36,787 bases of DNA from a virus. Its lineage: Duplodnaviria; Heunggongvirae; Uroviricota; Caudoviricetes. A program made the translations under genes and the position numbers. This document shows, piece after piece, positions 1 through 9,273 of this stretch. A model generated the notes under the pieces. It saw only the letters and a program-made list of their open reading frames with translations, searched no databases and was not told the DNA's origin. Each line of letters opens with the position of its first letter. Position 1 is the first letter of the stretch. The DNA is taken from the IMG/VR virus record IMGVR_UViG_2541047684_000007. The stretch is one strand, 5' to 3'.

Positions 1-1143
1 CTATGCTGTTTTGATATCTACGATAATCCAGTCTTTACCACGATCATCATTGTATCGGTCGGTCATTTTTCTGGATTTATGACCTAACAACTTTTGCGTA
101 TCCAGACCCTGTTCCCGATATAACCGTTCTGACAGAGATCGCTGCTCATGAAATGTGGGCGCAGTTCCTGGCTCCCATTTTATGCCACATTTTTCCCTGG
201 CCTTTTTAAAAGCCGTTGTAAGAGTATTTGCAGACACCTGGTCTCCTCTGTTTGCTTGAGAGGTAGTGTGACGGTAATGGACCAGATATTTACTAACAAC
301 AGCATCCCTGCACTGAGATATAACTTCACGAAGGGTAATATTCAGAGCATCGCATTTCAGGTTAAGCGGAATAGCAAGTTTTGAACCGGTTTTTTCCTGA
401 GTAATGTGCAACATGTCGTCCCAGATATCAGAGAATTTCAAATTGCAGATATCGCCTAAACGTTGTCCAGTGACAAGAGCAAGTAGCATCCCGCATTTTA
501 AATAGGGCTGCCGTCTGCTTACGCTGTCAAATATTGCCTGCCATTCGGGCAGTGATAATCTTTGGCGGTTTACTCGATTTCGCGGTTGTTTTGTTGCCTG
601 CGCTGGGTTAAATCCTGGCGGAACATGTCCTGCGTGTTGTGCTTCTTTGAAGACGTCGATCAACACCATTCTCACGACTTGCGCCATCCTGTTATGACCT
701 TCAGCCTTTACAGCATCAATTATTTCGGCAATATCAAGTGCGGTAATATCCTTGAGGTGTTGCATTCCACAATGCTCACGGAAAAGACGAATGGGTTTGC
801 CTTTTTGCCGATAGGAGTTGGGTCTTAGTTCATTATGTTGCAGCCTGTCCTCCTGGATAGAAATATATTTATCAAGCCATTCTGTCACCGTAATGTCTGA
901 GCGCCTGCCTTTCATTCTTTCTAGACGCTCATTGACGCTTAATATTTGTCGGGTACGTTGTTCAGCAATAATGGTATTTGCTTCAGTAGCAACTTGTTTT
1001 GCTTCATTCTCATCAGTTCCTAAGCTATGAAAACGACCGGATAGTGGATGTTTGTATTGCCAATATACCTTTCCGGTTCGCTTATCTAATTTGCAATATA
1101 AATTGGGTATAGAGATTTTGTGAGATCGGGGTCTAGCAGCCAT
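1..1143 (-). CDS. int: Tyrosine integrase (lambda Int family)
   Basis: 380-aa ORF with ATG at 1141-1143. C-terminal ...HEQRSLSERLY...LLGHKSRKMTDRYNDDRGKDW matches the lambda Int catalytic region (HELRSLSARLY...LLGH...Y). The N-terminal domain differs from lambda Int. Confidence 0.9.
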   Translation of the reverse strand: MAARPRSHKISIPNLYCKLDKRTGKVYWQYKHPLSGRFHSLGTDENEAKQVATEANTIIAEQRTRQILSVNERLERMKGRRSDITVTEWLDKYISIQEDRLQHNELRPNSYRQKGKPIRLFREHCGMQHLKDITALDIAEIIDAVKAEGHNRMAQVVRMVLIDVFKEAQHAGHVPPGFNPAQATKQPRNRVNRQRLSLPEWQAIFDSVSRRQPYLKCGMLLALVTGQRLGDICNLKFSDIWDDMLHITQEKTGSKLAIPLNLKCDALNITLREVISQCRDAVVSKYLVHYRHTTSQANRGDQVSANTLTTAFKKAREKCGIKWEPGTAPTFHEQRSLSERLYREQGLDTQKLLGHKSRKMTDRYNDDRGKDWIIVDIKTA

Positions 1144-1369
1144 CAGCGATTATCCGTTGGAGTTTTGGGTTTGCGTTTATTGGGAGTTGCGGTTCTGCAA
1201 GCGTTCCTACAAAACGGGAATTTCGGTCAATCATCCAGTAGCGACCAACTTTTATAGCGGGTGGGGCCATCATTTTCCCTTGCGCGTATTTTTTCAGAAC
1301 TCGCTCACTTGGTGCTAAGTCCCCAAATTCTTCTTTAGCCCAGTCCTGTAAAGTGATTAGTCGAGACAT
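1133..1369 (-). CDS. xis: Excisionase
   Basis: 78 aa, overlaps the int start by 11 nt. ITLQDW...PPAIKVGRYW resembles lambda Xis LTLQEW...PPPVKDGREY. Strong SD (GAGGAGG) upstream of the ATG. Confidence 0.75.
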   Translation of the reverse strand: MSRLITLQDWAKEEFGDLAPSERVLKKYAQGKMMAPPAIKVGRYWMIDRNSRFVGTLAEPQLPINANPKLQRIIADGC

Positions 1370-1508
1370 TTGTCCTCCTCTTAGCTGCTGAGGGAGTTTG
1401 TGACCGATATATCTGACATGATATTAAGCTCATGGCAGGTACATCTCTTGACTGGTCATAGAGATAAATTTAATGCTGAGAAATGCAGTATTGAATTTAT
1501 CAATTTTT

Positions 1509-1748
1509 CTATTTCCTGCGTATGGCACGTAACTTCTTAATGTGTTCTGCTGTTTCGATCTCTTCAGCTATCCGATCTGCGTCAGCTTTATTCACAGGTT
1601 CAAAGTCATGATTAAAGCGGAACATGCTGGCGATACATGTTCTGCCTTTTCGGATGTAGTGAACTTTGTTGTGAGTGGAACGCAGGATTTTGCAGGGAGT
1701 GCCGTGGTGGTCGACGTACCAGGTGTTAGGGTAAATCACTCTGAACAT
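1509..1748 (-). CDS. Hypothetical phage protein
   Basis: 79-aa ORF with ATG start, co-oriented with the early-left operon. No recognisable motif. Confidence 0.4.
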   Translation of the reverse strand: MFRVIYPNTWYVDHHGTPCKILRSTHNKVHYIRKGRTCIASMFRFNHDFEPVNKADADRIAEEIETAEHIKKLRAIRRK

Positions 1749-1773
1749 TCTTGACCTTGTGTTGTGCGGATTG

Positions 1774-2058
1774 TTATTCAGTGCCGATATTTACCTTTAT
1801 CGCGTATACCTTTACCGGTTTATCACCGAAGTGCGGATGTGTGATTGTCTTCACTTCATATCCGTCATACGGAACATCAACTCTGCGGCTGGAATCGTCG
1901 CGCTTCGGATATCCCTTTGTGATAATCAGGCGGTCATGCTTACGGTTAACGAGGCGCTTTTTCCAGTAGTCATTACACAGGCGATACTCTTCCGTTTTCT
2001 CTCCGCGAATCATGGCATCGAAGTATTCACCTTTAACGGCAAGTTGCAGGTTAGCCAC
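1774..2058 (-). CDS. Hypothetical protein, possibly ASCH-like domain
   Basis: The track ORF 1774..2142 begins with TTG and would overlap the upstream gene by 92 nt. An in-frame GTG at 2058 lies 7 nt after AAGGAG and gives an 8-nt overlap instead. The pattern KGEYFDAMIRGEKTEEYR fits the ASCH N-terminal signature. Start choice and domain call are both inferential. Confidence 0.4.
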   Translation of the reverse strand: MANLQLAVKGEYFDAMIRGEKTEEYRLCNDYWKKRLVNRKHDRLIITKGYPKRDDSSRRVDVPYDGYEVKTITHPHFGDKPVKVYAIKVNIGTE

Positions 2059-2791
2059 GGTTAACTCCTTGCTGTGTGGCGTCGAGTAATAAATCCCACA
2101 ACCGCTGAGAGCAATTTCCGCATGTACAGCGTTGACCCACAACGTTTATCGCGTTGCTGATTTCCGGCGTTACCTGTTTAGGAACCATAACCCAACCATC
2201 CGGAGTTACCGGAAGCGAGAACGGCAGCACATCTCTGTGAACAAGTTTTTGCTGTGACAGGTTATCCAGAACTTTCTGTACTGCTGCATCACCGAATACA
2301 CCAAGCGCATCTGCCATAACTCCTACAACCTGATAAGCCTCAGCGCATACCGTGGATAAACCATCCGGAATTACCGGAGAGTTGCCGGGTTCTTTAATGT
2401 GCAAGCGAGGCTCACCATCTTTTGGCTCAGGCCACTGGCGCTCCATGTTGATCTTCAATTTATCTTCCATAGCAACGGTAATTTCAGCATCGCTGATGCC
2501 AGCACGGCGCTGTGCATCCCACAACAGAAACTGCATATCAGCCCACTCGCTAAGATCGTCTGGTTCGGCTGCGGCTTCCAGTGCCTCTTTTGAGAGGTGT
2601 TTCAGTGGACCAATGGGGCCAACGCAGCCAAATGTGGAGTCAGACCATTTGGCATGCTCGTGGCGAATCTGTTCGCGTTCCAGTGATGCCAGTGCAATTC
2701 GTGCTAGTTCCATTTGTTCGCCACGAGTAAGCCCGTTTTCAAGCGGATTTTTAATGAACAATTCAATACGTTCTTTGGTAATAGTGGTCAT
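2051..2791 (-). CDS. Hypothetical early-left protein (possible MazG-like nucleotide pyrophosphohydrolase domain)
   Basis: 246-aa ORF with ATG start. Acidic, helical central segment (EALEAAAEPDDLSEWADMQFLLWDAQRRAG) is reminiscent of MazG-type NTP-PPase helices. The functional call is weak. Confidence 0.5.
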   Translation of the reverse strand: MTTITKERIELFIKNPLENGLTRGEQMELARIALASLEREQIRHEHAKWSDSTFGCVGPIGPLKHLSKEALEAAAEPDDLSEWADMQFLLWDAQRRAGISDAEITVAMEDKLKINMERQWPEPKDGEPRLHIKEPGNSPVIPDGLSTVCAEAYQVVGVMADALGVFGDAAVQKVLDNLSQQKLVHRDVLPFSLPVTPDGWVMVPKQVTPEISNAINVVGQRCTCGNCSQRLWDLLLDATQQGVNRG

Positions 2792-2997
2792 GTGTTAATC
2801 CTCAAAACTTTATGCCCGGGCGCAAAAGTACGTGTTTTGTCTTTGCTTATTCGCCACCCGTCTTTACGGGCCTCTTTTGCACAACCAGACCATGACGTAC
2901 CGATATACTCACCGAAGTCTGGCACTGGATATACACCTTCCGTACACTGGCGACAATCACAATAGAGATGCATGGTGTAACTTGCGGCAATAGCCAT
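2788..2997 (-). CDS. Small Cys-rich hypothetical protein
   Basis: ATG at 2995-2997 abuts the upstream stop and there is a 4-nt overlap with the downstream gene. Cys/His pattern YCDCRQC...C suggests possible metal binding. Confidence 0.4.
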   Translation of the reverse strand: MAIAASYTMHLYCDCRQCTEGVYPVPDFGEYIGTSWSGCAKEARKDGWRISKDKTRTFAPGHKVLRINT

Positions 2998-2998
2998 A

Positions 2999-3532
2999 TC
3001 ACTCTCTTTTTCCCTGAAGCATGGCAGCGTGGCAGGCATCCTCTACGCCCTTAACTGCATCTGCGCAGTAGTTATAGCGATTGCATTCCACTAACTTCTG
3101 CCTGAGATTTTCAATTGCTTGCGCGACATCAGCCTGTATTACAGGAACTGGCGGAACGGCTGTCTGCTGCTCTCGAACGTCATTAGTCGCTATCGGTTCT
3201 GCTGCCAACTGACTGGCATATTTGTTAATGGTAACGATAAGCTCTTGCTCAGCCTCATCCAGACAATCACCGATACCTCGCCTGTCGCCGTCAAAATCAT
3301 CGAAATCAGCACGAACTCTGGCAAATTTCAGGATTGCGGACAACACCTCACCAGGAATTACCGGAGAGTTGGTTGACGTTTCCGAAATTTCCCGAAAATT
3401 ATTGGTTGACGAATTCGCGTTTTCCCGAAAGTTTCCGGCATGAAGCATAGCCGCGCGGCAGGCGTTCCAGCCTCTCACCTCTGCAATAGCGGCAACAGCA
3501 TCGACCGCGTACATGCTAAGAGGGTTAGGCAT
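2999..3532 (-). CDS. Hypothetical protein with internal low-complexity repeat
   Basis: The track ORF begins with TTG at 3607; the first ATG is at 3532. Contains a repeated GNFREN / TNNFREI segment encoded by short DNA repeats at about 3369-3430. Confidence 0.45.
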   Translation of the reverse strand: MPNPLSMYAVDAVAAIAEVRGWNACRAAMLHAGNFRENANSSTNNFREISETSTNSPVIPGEVLSAILKFARVRADFDDFDGDRRGIGDCLDEAEQELIVTINKYASQLAAEPIATNDVREQQTAVPPVPVIQADVAQAIENLRQKLVECNRYNYCADAVKGVEDACHAAMLQGKRE

Positions 3533-3549
3533 TGGTTTTTCTTCAGGTA

Positions 3550-3804
3550 CTACTGGCACTGGCTTGGCATATATAGCGGCTGAACATACCAACCCTTTGA
3601 TAACCAACTGTCAGCAATGTTTTTACTCCTCGTTATTGCCGGAATACCTAAGCCATTGTCTGAATGCAGCCATGCCACCGGATTCTCTTCCAGCGATGCC
3701 AGAGCAATTTCATAAGCCCGGCGCTCAACATTGTCTCGCACATCCAAACTGCTGATACGCTCTTTGATTTCTTTAATCAGTTCTTTGTCGGTAAAAGTGC
3801 TCAT
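3550..3804 (-). CDS. Hypothetical protein
   Basis: ATG at 3804 preceded by a GGAG SD. N-terminal RRAYEIALASLEE resembles ELARIALASLERE in the 246-aa ORF. Confidence 0.45.
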   Translation of the reverse strand: MSTFTDKELIKEIKERISSLDVRDNVERRAYEIALASLEENPVAWLHSDNGLGIPAITRSKNIADSWLSKGWYVQPLYMPSQCQ

Positions 3805-3805
3805 A

Positions 3806-4570
3806 TCAATCTCCATTGGTATCAATGTTTACAGCCTGACAAGACTCTTTGAGCACCCAGTCAATAGCGTCTTTCCATGCCTCTGTTTCGACTGGTGGAT
3901 TTTCACGCTTAACCTGTTCATAGAAGCGCACTGCTTTAACCAGTCCTTCCGGTACTACTGGTGATGGCTGTTTAGCTTCTAAATCAGCAATTCTGTCAAC
4001 CACGGCATCGACAGCATCTGAAAAGCCGAACCAGTTGCTCCACTCCGGCTCATCCCCGGTTGCTGCAAAGTACATATCTGCTAAAGCAGATTCAGCATGG
4101 TCACGCTCGTTAATGAGTTGCTCTTCGCTTTTCTCCAGTTCAGCAATACGCTTACCCCCATCCGAGATAACACCTTCGTAATACTCACGCTGCTCGTTGA
4201 GTTTTGATTTTGTCTCCTCAAGCTCAACTCTCAGCTTCCCAACAGTAAGAGCAATATCCTCGTTCTCCTGGTCGCGGCGTTTTATGTATTGCTGGTTTCT
4301 TTCCCGTTCATCCAGCAGTGCCAGCACAGTAGCCGGATTGGCTGCGGCGATGAATTCAGCATTGGCCTGCTGTTCCATTTGGAAATCTTCATCGAAACCG
4401 CTTTCTGGATGCGCTCCTTCAATTCTGCAAATGGGAATATATCCAGCAACTTCACGATGAATTAGCGCATAATCACCATCAAATCGGCTCTCTCCATATT
4501 CGAGCGACCACTCACCACACGTTGCTTTTTCTGCCGCTTCACGCAGTGCCTGATAGTTAATTTCGCTCAC
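3806..4570 (-). CDS. ea22: Ea22-like protein
   Basis: The segment ALLDERERNQQYIKRRDQENEDIALTVGKLRVELEE matches my recollection of lambda Ea22. GTG start overlaps the upstream stop (GTGA). Confidence 0.6.
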   Translation of the reverse strand: MSEINYQALREAAEKATCGEWSLEYGESRFDGDYALIHREVAGYIPICRIEGAHPESGFDEDFQMEQQANAEFIAAANPATVLALLDERERNQQYIKRRDQENEDIALTVGKLRVELEETKSKLNEQREYYEGVISDGGKRIAELEKSEEQLINERDHAESALADMYFAATGDEPEWSNWFGFSDAVDAVVDRIADLEAKQPSPVVPEGLVKAVRFYEQVKRENPPVETEAWKDAIDWVLKESCQAVNIDTNGD

Positions 4571-4788
4571 TTCGAACCTCTCTGTTTACTGATAAGCTCC
4601 AGATCCTCCTGGCAACTTGCACAAGTCCGACAACCCTGAACGACCAGGCGTCTTCGTTCATCTATGGGATCGCCACACTCACAACAATGAGTGGCGGATA
4701 TAGTCTGGTAGTTCAGACGACGCATTTTTATTGCTGTATTGCGCTGTAATTCTTCAATTTCTGATGCTGAATCAATGATGTCCGCCAT
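4567..4788 (-). CDS. TraR/DksA-family C4 zinc-finger protein
   Basis: 73 aa with a CxxC-(17)-CxxC pattern (CCECGDPIDERRRLVVQGCRTCASC) typical of phage TraR/DksA-like zinc fingers. Confidence 0.6.
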   Translation of the reverse strand: MADIIDSASEIEELQRNTAIKMRRLNYQTISATHCCECGDPIDERRRLVVQGCRTCASCQEDLELISKQRGSK

Positions 4789-4886
4789 CTTTCATTAATC
4801 CCTGAATTGTTGGTTAATACGCTTGAGGGTGAATGCGAATAATAAAAAAGGAGCCTGTAGCTCCCTGATGATTTTGCTTTTCATGT

Positions 4887-5168
4887 TCACCGTTCCTTAA
4901 AGACGCCGTTTAACATGCCGATCGCCAGGCTTAAATGAGTCGGTGTGAATCCCATCAGCGTTACCGTTTCGCGGTGCTTCTTTAGTACGCTACGGCAAAT
5001 GTCATCGACGTTTTTATCCGGAAACTGCTGTCTGGCTTTTTTGATTTCAGAATTAGCCTGACGGGCAATGCTGCGAAGGGCGTTTTCTTGCTGAGGTGTC
5101 ACTGAACAAGCCCCATGTCGGCAAGCATAAGCACACAGAATATGAAGCCCGCTGCCAGAAAAATGCAT
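4887..5168 (-). CDS. Hypothetical protein
   Basis: 93-aa ORF with ATG start in the early-left operon. No recognisable motif. Confidence 0.4.
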   Translation of the reverse strand: MHFSGSGLHILCAYACRHGACSVTPQQENALRSIARQANSEIKKARQQFPDKNVDDICRSVLKKHRETVTLMGFTPTHLSLAIGMLNGVFKER

Positions 5169-5178
5169 TCAGTGGTTG

Positions 5179-5370
5179 TCATACCTGGTCTCTCTCATCT
5201 GCTTCTGCTTTCGCCACCATCATTTCCAGCTTTTGTGAAAGGGATGTGGCTAACGTATGAAATTCTTCGTCTGTTTCTACTGGTATTGGCACAAACCTGA
5301 CTCCAATTTGAGCAAGGCTATGTGCCATCTCAATACTCGTTCTTAACTCAACAGGAGATGCTTTGTGCAT
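5179..5370 (-). CDS. Lambda orf63-like protein
   Basis: 63 aa with ATG start and GGGAGG SD. Matches the position and size of lambda orf63 upstream of exo. Confidence 0.55.
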   Translation of the reverse strand: MHKASPVELRTSIEMAHSLAQIGVRFVPIPVETDEEFHTLATSLSQKLEMMVAKAEADERDQV

Positions 5371-5525
5371 ACCGCCTCCCGTTTATTATTTATCTTCTCA
5401 GCCAGCCGCTGTGCTTTCAGTGGATTTCTGATAACAGAAAGGCCGGGAAATACCCAGCCTCGCTTTGTAACGGAGTAGACGAAAGTGATCGCGCCTACCC
5501 GGATATTATCGTGAGGATGCGTCAT
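5343..5525 (-). CDS. Lambda orf60a-like protein
   Basis: 60 aa from the MTHPHD start, immediately upstream of exo, with its start overlapping the exo stop. Confidence 0.5.
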   Translation of the reverse strand: MTHPHDNIRVGAITFVYSVTKRGWVFPGLSVIRNPLKAQRLAEKINNKREAVCTKHLLLS

Positions 5526-6202
5526 CGCCATTGCTCCCCAAATACAAAACTAATTTCAGCCAGTGCCTCGTCCATTTTTTCGATGAACTCCGGCACCATC
5601 TCGTCAAAACTCGCCATGTACTTTTCATCCCGCTCAACCACGACATAATGCAGTCCTTCACGCTTCATACGCGGGTCATAGTTGGCAAAGTACCAGGCAT
5701 CTTTTCGCGTCACCCACATGCTGTACTGCACCTGGGCCATGTAAGCCGATTTTATGGCCTCGAAACCACCGAGCCGGAACTTCATGAAATCCCGGGAGGT
5801 AAACGGGCATTTCAGCTCAAGGCCGTTGCCGTCACTGCATAAACCATCGGGAGAGCAGGCGGTGCGCATACTTTCGTCGCGATAGATGATCGGGGATTCA
5901 GTAACATTCACGCCGGAAGTAAACTCAAACAGGGCTCTGGCGTCGTTCTCGTACTGTTTTCCCCAAGCCAGCGCCTTAGCGTTAACTTCCGGAGCCACAC
6001 CGGTGCAAACCTCAGCAAGCAGGGTGTGGAAGTAGGACATTTTCATGTCAGGCCATTTCTTTCCGGAGCGGGGTTTTGCTATCACGTTGTGAACTTCTGA
6101 AGCGGTGATGACGCCGAGCCGTAATTTGTGCCATGCATCATCCCCCTGTTCGACAGCTCTCACGTCGATCCCGGTACGCTGCAGGATAATGTCCGGTGTC
6201 AT
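5522..6202 (-). CDS. exo: Lambda exonuclease (Red alpha)
   Basis: 226 aa, near-identical to lambda Exo ([38 protein letters not shown]...). ATGA overlap with the bet stop. Confidence 0.95.
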   Translation of the reverse strand: MTPDIILQRTGIDVRAVEQGDDAWHKLRLGVITASEVHNVIAKPRSGKKWPDMKMSYFHTLLAEVCTGVAPEVNAKALAWGKQYENDARALFEFTSGVNVTESPIIYRDESMRTACSPDGLCSDGNGLELKCPFTSRDFMKFRLGGFEAIKSAYMAQVQYSMWVTRKDAWYFANYDPRMKREGLHYVVVERDEKYMASFDEMVPEFIEKMDEALAEISFVFGEQWR

Positions 6203-6984
6203 GCTGCCACCTTCTGCTCAGTGGCTTTCTGTTTCAGGAATCCAAGAGCTTTCACTGCTTCGGCCTGTGTCAGTTCTGACGATGCGCGAATGTCGCGGCG
6301 AAATATCTGGGAACAGAGCGGCAATAAGTCGTCATCCCATGTTTTATCCAGGGCGATCAGCAGAGTGTTAATCTCCTGCATGGTTTCATCGTTAACCGGA
6401 GTGATGTCGCGTTCCGGCTGACGTTCTGCAGTGTATGCGGTATTTTCGACAATGCGCTCGGCTTCATCCTTGTCATAGATACCAGCAAATCCGAAGGCGA
6501 GACGGGCACACTGAATCATGGCTTTATGCCGTAACATCCGTTTGGGATGCGACTGCCACGGCCCCGTGATTTCTCTGCCTTCGCGGGTTTTGAATGGTTC
6601 GCGGCGGCATTCATCCATCCACTCGGTAACGCAGATCGGATGATTGCGGTCTTTGCGGTAAATCCGGCATGTACATGATTCATTGTCCTGCTCAAAGTCC
6701 ATACCATCAAACTGCTGGTTTTCATTGATGATGCGGGACCAGCCATCAACGCCCACCACCGGAACAATGCCGTTCTGCTTATCAGGGAAGGCGTAAATTT
6801 CTTTCGTCCACGGATTAAGGCCGTACTGGTTGGCGACGATCAACAATGCGATGAACTGCGCATCGCTGGCATCACCTTTAAATGCCGTCTGGCGAAGAGT
6901 GGTGATCAGTTCCTGTGGGTCGACAGAATCCATGCCGACACGTTCAGCCAGCTTCCCTGCCAGCGTTGCGAGTGCTGTACTCAT
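6199..6984 (-). CDS. bet: Bet single-strand annealing protein (Red beta)
   Basis: 261 aa, near-identical to lambda Bet ([75 protein letters not shown]...). Confidence 0.95.
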   Translation of the reverse strand: MSTALATLAGKLAERVGMDSVDPQELITTLRQTAFKGDASDAQFIALLIVANQYGLNPWTKEIYAFPDKQNGIVPVVGVDGWSRIINENQQFDGMDFEQDNESCTCRIYRKDRNHPICVTEWMDECRREPFKTREGREITGPWQSHPKRMLRHKAMIQCARLAFGFAGIYDKDEAERIVENTAYTAERQPERDITPVNDETMQEINTLLIALDKTWDDDLLPLCSQIFRRDIRASSELTQAEAVKALGFLKQKATEQKVAA

Positions 6985-6989
6985 CCGTT

Positions 6990-7286
6990 TTATACCTCTG
7001 AATCAATATCAGCCTGATGGTGAGCAATGGTTTCAACTATGTACCGGATGTGTTCTGCCATGCGCTCCTGAAACTCAACATCGTCATCAAACGCACGGGT
7101 AATGGCTTTTTTGCTGGCCCCGTGGCGTTGTAAATGATCGATGCATAGCGATTCAAACAGGTGCTGGGGCAGGCCTTTTTCCATGTCGTCTGCCAGTTCT
7201 GCCTCTTTCTCTTCACGGGCGATCTGCTGGTAGTGACGCGCCCAGCTCTGAGCCTCAAGACGATCCTGAATGTAATAAGCGTTCAT
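6990..7286 (-). CDS. gam: Gam, RecBCD inhibitor (short GamS-length form)
   Basis: 98 aa beginning [21 protein letters not shown], which is the lambda GamS sequence. No longer in-frame ATG form is present in the track. Confidence 0.9.
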   Translation of the reverse strand: MNAYYIQDRLEAQSWARHYQQIAREEKEAELADDMEKGLPQHLFESLCIDHLQRHGASKKAITRAFDDDVEFQERMAEHIRYIVETIAHHQADIDSEV

Positions 7287-7361
7287 GGCTGAACTCCTGA
7301 AAATGGCTGTGAAAATATCGCCCGCGAAATGCCAGGCTGATTAGGAAAACAGGAAAGGGGG

Positions 7362-7505
7362 TTAGTGAATGCTTTTGCTTGATCTCAGTTTCAGTATTAA
7401 TATCCATTTTTTATAAGCGTCGACGGCCTCACGAAACATCTTTTCATCGCCAATAAAAGTGGCGATAGTGAATTTAGTCTGGATAGCCATAATTGTTTGA
7501 TCCAT
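7362..7505 (-). CDS. kil: Kil (host killing, FtsZ inhibitor)
   Basis: An internal ATG of track ORF 7362..7631 gives [47 protein letters not shown], which matches lambda Kil. Confidence 0.8.
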   Translation of the reverse strand: MDQTIMAIQTKFTIATFIGDEKMFREAVDAYKKWILILKLRSSKSIH

Positions 7506-7638
7506 TTTTTGGGACTCCTGGCTGATTAAGTATGTCGATAAGGCGTTTCCATCCGTCACGTAATTTACGGGTGATTCGTTCAAGTAAAGATTCGGAAGGG
7601 CAGCCAGCAACAGGCCACCCTGCAATGGCATATTGCAT
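7474..7638 (-). CDS. cIII: cIII (FtsH/HflB inhibitor, lysogeny regulator)
   Basis: Absent from the ORF track because it is only 54 aa. Manual translation of the minus strand from the ATG at 7636-7638 (SD AAGGAG) gives [54 protein letters not shown], which matches lambda CIII. Overlaps kil in another frame, as in lambda. Confidence 0.85.
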   Translation of the reverse strand: MQYAIAGWPVAGCPSESLLERITRKLRDGWKRLIDILNQPGVPKNGSNNYGYPD

Positions 7639-7710
7639 GGTGTGCTCCTTATTTATACATAACGAAAAACGCCTCGAGTGAAGCGTAATTGGTATGCGGT
7701 AACGCCGCGC

Positions 7711-8079
7711 TCAGGCGGCCTTGATAGTCATATCATCTGAATCAAATATTCCTGATGTATCGATATCGGTAATTCTTATTCCTTCACTACCATCCATTGG
7801 AGGCCATCCTTCCTGACCATTTCCATCATTCCAGTCGAACTCACACACAACACCATATGCATTTAAGTCGCTTGAAATTGCTATAAGCAGAGCATGTTGC
7901 GCCAGCATGATTAATACAGCATTTAATACAGAGCCGTGTTTATTGAGTCGGTATTCAGAGTCTGACCAGAAATTATTAATCTGGTGAAGTTTTTCCTCTG
8001 TCATTACGTCATGGTCAATTTCAATTTCTATTGATGCTTTCCAGTCGTAATCAATGATGTATTTTTTGATGTTTGACAT
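7711..8079 (-). CDS. ea10: Ea10-like protein
   Basis: 122 aa in the lambda ea10 position (between cIII and ral) and of the same length as lambda Ea10. Confidence 0.6.
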   Translation of the reverse strand: MSNIKKYIIDYDWKASIEIEIDHDVMTEEKLHQINNFWSDSEYRLNKHGSVLNAVLIMLAQHALLIAISSDLNAYGVVCEFDWNDGNGQEGWPPMDGSEGIRITDIDTSGIFDSDDMTIKAA

Positions 8080-8261
8080 CTATTCATATCCTCATAGATA
8101 AAAAATCGCCCTCACACTGGAGGGCAAAGAAGATTTCCAATAATCAGAACAAGTCGGCTCCTGTTTAGTTACGAGCGACATTGCTCCGTGTATTCACTCG
8201 TTGGAATGAATACACAGTGCAGTGTTTATTCTGTTATTTATGCCAAAAATAAAGGCCACTA

Positions 8262-8462
8262 TCAGGCAGCTTTGTTGTTCTGTTTACCAAGTTCTCTGGC
8301 AATCATTGCCGTCGTTCGTATTGCCCATTTATCGACATATTTCCCATCTTCCATTACAGGAAACATTTCTTCAGGCTTAACCATGCATTCCGATTGCAGC
8401 TTGCATCCATTGCATCGTTTGAATTGTCCACACCATTGATTTGTATCAATAGTCGTAGTCAT
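8262..8462 (-). CDS. ral: Ral (restriction alleviation / antirestriction)
   Basis: 66 aa, MTTTIDTNQWCGQFKRCNGCKLQSECMVKPEEMF..., matching lambda Ral in sequence and position. Confidence 0.8.
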   Translation of the reverse strand: MTTTIDTNQWCGQFKRCNGCKLQSECMVKPEEMFPVMEDGKYVDKWAIRTTAMIARELGKQNNKAA

Positions 8463-8532
8463 ACGGATAGTCCTGGTATTGTTCCATCACATCTTGAGGA
8501 TGCTCTTCGAACTCTTCAAATTCTTCTTCCAT
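8446..8532 (-). CDS. Small acidic ORF (lambda orf28-like)
   Basis: Manual translation gives MEEEFEEFEEHPQDVMEQYQDYPYDYDY* (28 aa) with SD AAGGTG. Overlaps the ral start by 17 nt. Too short for the track. Confidence 0.35.
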   Translation of the reverse strand: MEEEFEEFEEHPQDVMEQYQDYPYDYDY

Positions 8533-8675
8533 ATATCACCTTAAATAGTGGATTGCGGTAGTAAAGATTGTGCCTGTCTTTTAACCACATCAGGCTCGGT
8601 GGTTCTCGTGTACCCCTACAACGAGAAATCGGATAAACTCTATTCACCCCTACAGAGAGCAAAAGAGAAACGCCG

Positions 8676-9257
8676 ATGAACAACTCATGGTGGCAGGAAC
8701 TAATGCATTTTTTCCTGCAAGGAATGACACTTAAACAGTTGATTCATATGCTAATCATCCTGATCATATTGATTATTGTTATGCCGGTAAGCGTAAAAGA
8801 ATGGATAAACCTGCATAGTCCAGAAATCCTTCCTCATTACTGGATGTATTACATCCTGTTGTTTTGCGTTAGCTATGTGCTTAACGGCGTTGTTAATTCC
8901 GCTTATCACGCTGTGACTGAAAGAATTGAGGTATTCGCTGCTCAGAAGCGCAAATCTAAAGAAGAAAAATATGTGCAAGATTTGTTTGATTCGTTAACTC
9001 TTGGAGAAAGAGCGTATTTGGCATTCGCTGTAGCCGCTAATAACCAGCTACAAACGGAAAAGGGCGCTCATGAATCAATTTCATTGCTCAAAAAAGGACT
9101 CCTCGTTCGAAGGCCTCCTGCTGTTGGATATCCTGATACCGACCGTTTCGTTATCCCTGAAAGCTATAGACATGAGTGCTACATTAGGTTTGCCGGGAAG
9201 GCAGACAGCCTTATGGATGAACTTATCGCTCAGGATAAGCATGGCAAAAACAAGTAA
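8676..9257 (+). CDS. sieB: SieB superinfection exclusion protein
   Basis: 193 aa, opposite in orientation to the pL operon and between ral and N as in lambda. Hydrophobic N-terminal segment (LIHMLIILIILIIVMPV). Confidence 0.75.
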   Translation: MNNSWWQELMHFFLQGMTLKQLIHMLIILIILIIVMPVSVKEWINLHSPEILPHYWMYYILLFCVSYVLNGVVNSAYHAVTERIEVFAAQKRKSKEEKYVQDLFDSLTLGERAYLAFAVAANNQLQTEKGAHESISLLKKGLLVRRPPAVGYPDTDRFVIPESYRHECYIRFAGKADSLMDELIAQDKHGKNK

Positions 9258-9273
9258 TTAGCAAATGAATTTA

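Noticed and set aside
1370-1508. Possible attP/attL core next to xis
   Set aside because: In an integrated lambdoid prophage the att site lies beyond int, and the int stop is at positions 1-3, so attL is outside the window. This interval is more likely the promoter region upstream of xis.
6990-7361. Longer (138-aa type) Gam isoform with an upstream start
   Set aside because: The track shows no in-frame start upstream of the ATG at 7286, and the 98-aa product matches the functional GamS form. I did not annotate a longer form.
8751-8978. 75-aa minus-strand ORF inside sieB
   Set aside because: Antisense to the sieB coding region, AT-rich and low-complexity (MHIFFFFRFALLS...). No support as a gene.
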